NCBI GenBank assembly: GCA_964187785.1
Contig: OZ076409.1
Span: 15,440,001-15,504,000, forward strand
Length of the DNA stretch: 64,000 nucleotides
Reading direction: 5' to 3'
Source: Amphiscolops sp. MND2022
Taxonomy: Eukaryota
Part shown: one piece after another, positions 62,201 to 64,000 of the stretch
Numbering within the stretch: the first letter of the stretch is position 1
Layout: each line of letters starts with the position of its first letter
Notes under the pieces: generated by a model
Databases searched by the model: none
Seen by the model: only the letters and a program-made list of their open reading frames with translations
What the model was told of the DNA's origin: nothing
Position numbers and translations under genes: made by a program

Positions 62201-63504
62201 TAAAAGTTCGAGACGTTTCCTTTTTCAACCTTGAGTAGGGCGCCGACTTCGACCGTTTCTTGCTTTTTTTCGTTTGAAGCGCATCAATTGATGTCAAAAT
62301 ATGTTTTGCAGAAAAGTTCAGCGGCTCTCACTGCAAGTGGTTTGAACTCGCGTCAAGACTTCACGTCAAAACTGAGAATAGCATCACACGTGACCTTTCA
62401 CGAGGACAAAGACGAGGTCATCGATGAAGGAGGTCAAGGTCATACCTCTGTGACCCCAACCGGAATGGAAGCCGAGGAGGATGCAGCCACCTTCATTTCG
62501 GAGGATAACGAGTCGGTGTATTCGGAGAGCAGTGCTGGAATCAGCTCGACAACGGGGGGTAACCTGATTGGCTACTTCGGTCGCTTCAAAGAGAGCCAAT
62601 CAGGTGAGGTGTACACTTCGCTCTTCCCTTCATTGCAGGACTTCAAAGACAACATTGTGGGATGTTTCAACATATTCGAGGAGACTGTTGGTTAGTTAGA
62701 TGCTATTACATGCAATAAGAATTTTATTACTCATCGGTTGGCTTTTAAGAGCCAATTTATTCAGAGTCAAATTTTCTATTGAACTGTTTAGCCTCAAGTT
62801 ATGCGGATTTGAAAAATAGTTATCCAAAAATGATTGTTTTCAGACAAATCAAGAAAACTATAATGTGATAAAACTTGATGAAACAATTTTGCAATTTTCC
62901 TGTCTTTACTTTTACTGAATATGTGTATCAAATTTTAATCATAAAAAATTTTACAAGAGCTGTTCCATGAAATTGGTTGTTGCGTACTTGCAAGCTTAGG
63001 GAGCATCCTCAAAATCTGTCAAAAAAGTTGGAGCGAAGGTCCAACTTACATCATGATGCAATTTTCCTTCCTCGAAAAACCGAAAAACATGCACGCCTTT
63101 TCTCAAATTTTCCTTACTAGCTTTTTCCCGGAAAAATTCACGGGCCGTGAATTCTAGGTCAAACTTACTCGTTGCTGCGTGAACCCAAACTGAAACTGTT
63201 CTATGAACAACCAAAAGTAGTCATACCCAAATCCCCTCGCCAGGACAAGCCGACGAAAAAGTCAAAGTCGAATGCTGGTGGAAAACTCAAGACTAGCAAA
63301 TCCAAACTTGTTCGATCCCACAGTCCCACACCTTCCCCTTCGCCTATTGCTCTCCTGGAAGAGGATGAACTTTCCATGCAGTACTTGCACCCGTGGCCCG
63401 ACCTTGACCTTGTGTTCGGACTTGACACGTGGTACCAGGGAAGCATTGATAAGCTGATCACTCTGTTCAATGACCTGTTCGAGGAAATTGATGATTATGC
63501 CATT
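50252..63504 (+). CDS. DNAH14: Axonemal dynein heavy chain, N-terminal exons (DNAH14/DNAH6-like); gene continues past the window
   Basis: Phase-compatible exons 50252-50332 (tentative), 50732-51062, 53971-54236, 54444-54617, 55761-55939, 58802-59069, 59537-59630, 60140-60330, 61286-61471, 61621-61740, 62312-62690 and 63158-63504. EEDGGFVYCLP...YDPYDLEVVS, FRIWKTFKLWRANVRSKK, VCLIKLD and RRLSKFLRILD resemble the N-terminus of DNAH14/DNAH6 as recalled. Paralogue assignment needs a tree. Confidence 0.75.
51400..53803 (+). mobile_element. 5'-truncated, frameshifted LINE (APE-type; CR1/L2-group-like) in a dynein intron
   Basis: KNGKSSGLDNIYPEFIK, RGISLSSCLCKLF, EQAGFRK, FIDHEKAFDRV, GVRQGD..PLLFIIYIND, LLYADY, CPFC...DEYHLLLVC; ends with aataaattttcttcttc. 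Confidence 0.85.
54789..54885. repeat. Perfect 97-bp palindrome (48-bp arms, 1-nt centre)
   Basis: 54789-54836 is the reverse complement of 54838-54885. Confidence 0.92.
55006..55580. mobile_element. piggyBac-type MITE
   Basis: TTAA|CCCTAATTAACCTGG ... CCAGGTCCATTAGGG|TTAA (13/15 TIR match, TTAA TSD). Confidence 0.85.
56728..57059. repeat. Tandem duplication, ~177-bp period
   Basis: tcaggctgccgacgacaattcg...gcctgcatttaaat occurs twice. Confidence 0.9.
57530..57916. mobile_element. Interspersed repeat with aagggtcccc subrepeats, possibly a Helentron/DINE-like non-autonomous element
   Basis: Four aagggtcccc units; end reads gccgattttggccgttctcggcttgttt (short hairpin, then T-run). Confidence 0.35.
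60371..60650. repeat. Diverged tandem duplication, ~143-bp period
   Basis: ttcagcccgagtatt..ggaaagga..atttgc.tggaaatttcc occurs twice. Confidence 0.8.
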
Positions 63505-64000
63505 GTTAGCTTTTGTCACTTTTCTCATTGCCGTTCTCATTCACTCTAGTGAATTTTTGGCTAGGTTAAATTAATTTATCTGGAATCAGGGCATCAAAAA
63601 TGCACTGACTTTGATTTCTTCAGCAAACCTGAAAACCGCAAACAGTTTAACGAAATTAGTAGATGTTGCGAAAATTTGGACCTTGAAAAATTGGACCGTT
63701 CAGTGTGAGGTCTGTTGTCTGGAGAAGAAAAGTCACTGTAAGGGTCGGGCATTTTTGTTTCACTAAAAGTGTCTACTAAAAACAGGTTGATTCTATTATG
63801 ATTTTATTAATTCCAGGTTTTGAATGTTTTTTAAGCAAGCGTTTAAAATATCATCATCGTTTAAAGGAAATTTTAGCGTTTAAATATCATTTAAACCGTC
63901 AACACTGCTTTTGACTTTCCGGCGTTATAGGGCTTTTTTCCTGTTAAAAATGTTTTCCATTTTTTTCTTCAAAAAATTGTGTTTTTGATATCTCGAGTCA

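Overview
Eukaryotic, AT-rich, intron-containing DNA that looks animal, with a 200-N assembly gap at 32619-32818. Left half: a ~21-kb Helitron (~6912-28130) preceded by a truncated sibling copy (1-6915). It has a 10-exon Rep-Pif1 helicase gene (1429 aa after splicing) and a hairpin + CTAG|T 3' end. Its 5' two-thirds is filled with dozens of degenerate tRNA-like Pol III cassettes (A box, B box, T-run) and repeats homologous to the 5S rDNA spacer. The Helitron 3' end sits in a 5S rDNA tandem array (2543-bp period, two 5S genes on the minus strand). Both 5S units carry, at the same spacer site ~210 bp upstream of the gene, an insertion encoding only an L1/Tx1-type ORF1 (RRM-like region + Cys/His knuckle). 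The complete copy is 1620 bp with an 18-bp TSD. The Helitron end falls inside the equivalent 18-bp site. Right half: a decayed G-poor Gypsy-like LTR retroelement, foldback elements, four TIR/MULE elements stacked at one repeated 9-bp target, and the first ~12 exons of an axonemal dynein heavy chain (DNAH14/DNAH6-like) whose introns hold a LINE, a piggyBac MITE and a 97-bp palindrome. All calls are from reading the sequence by eye; no searches were run.
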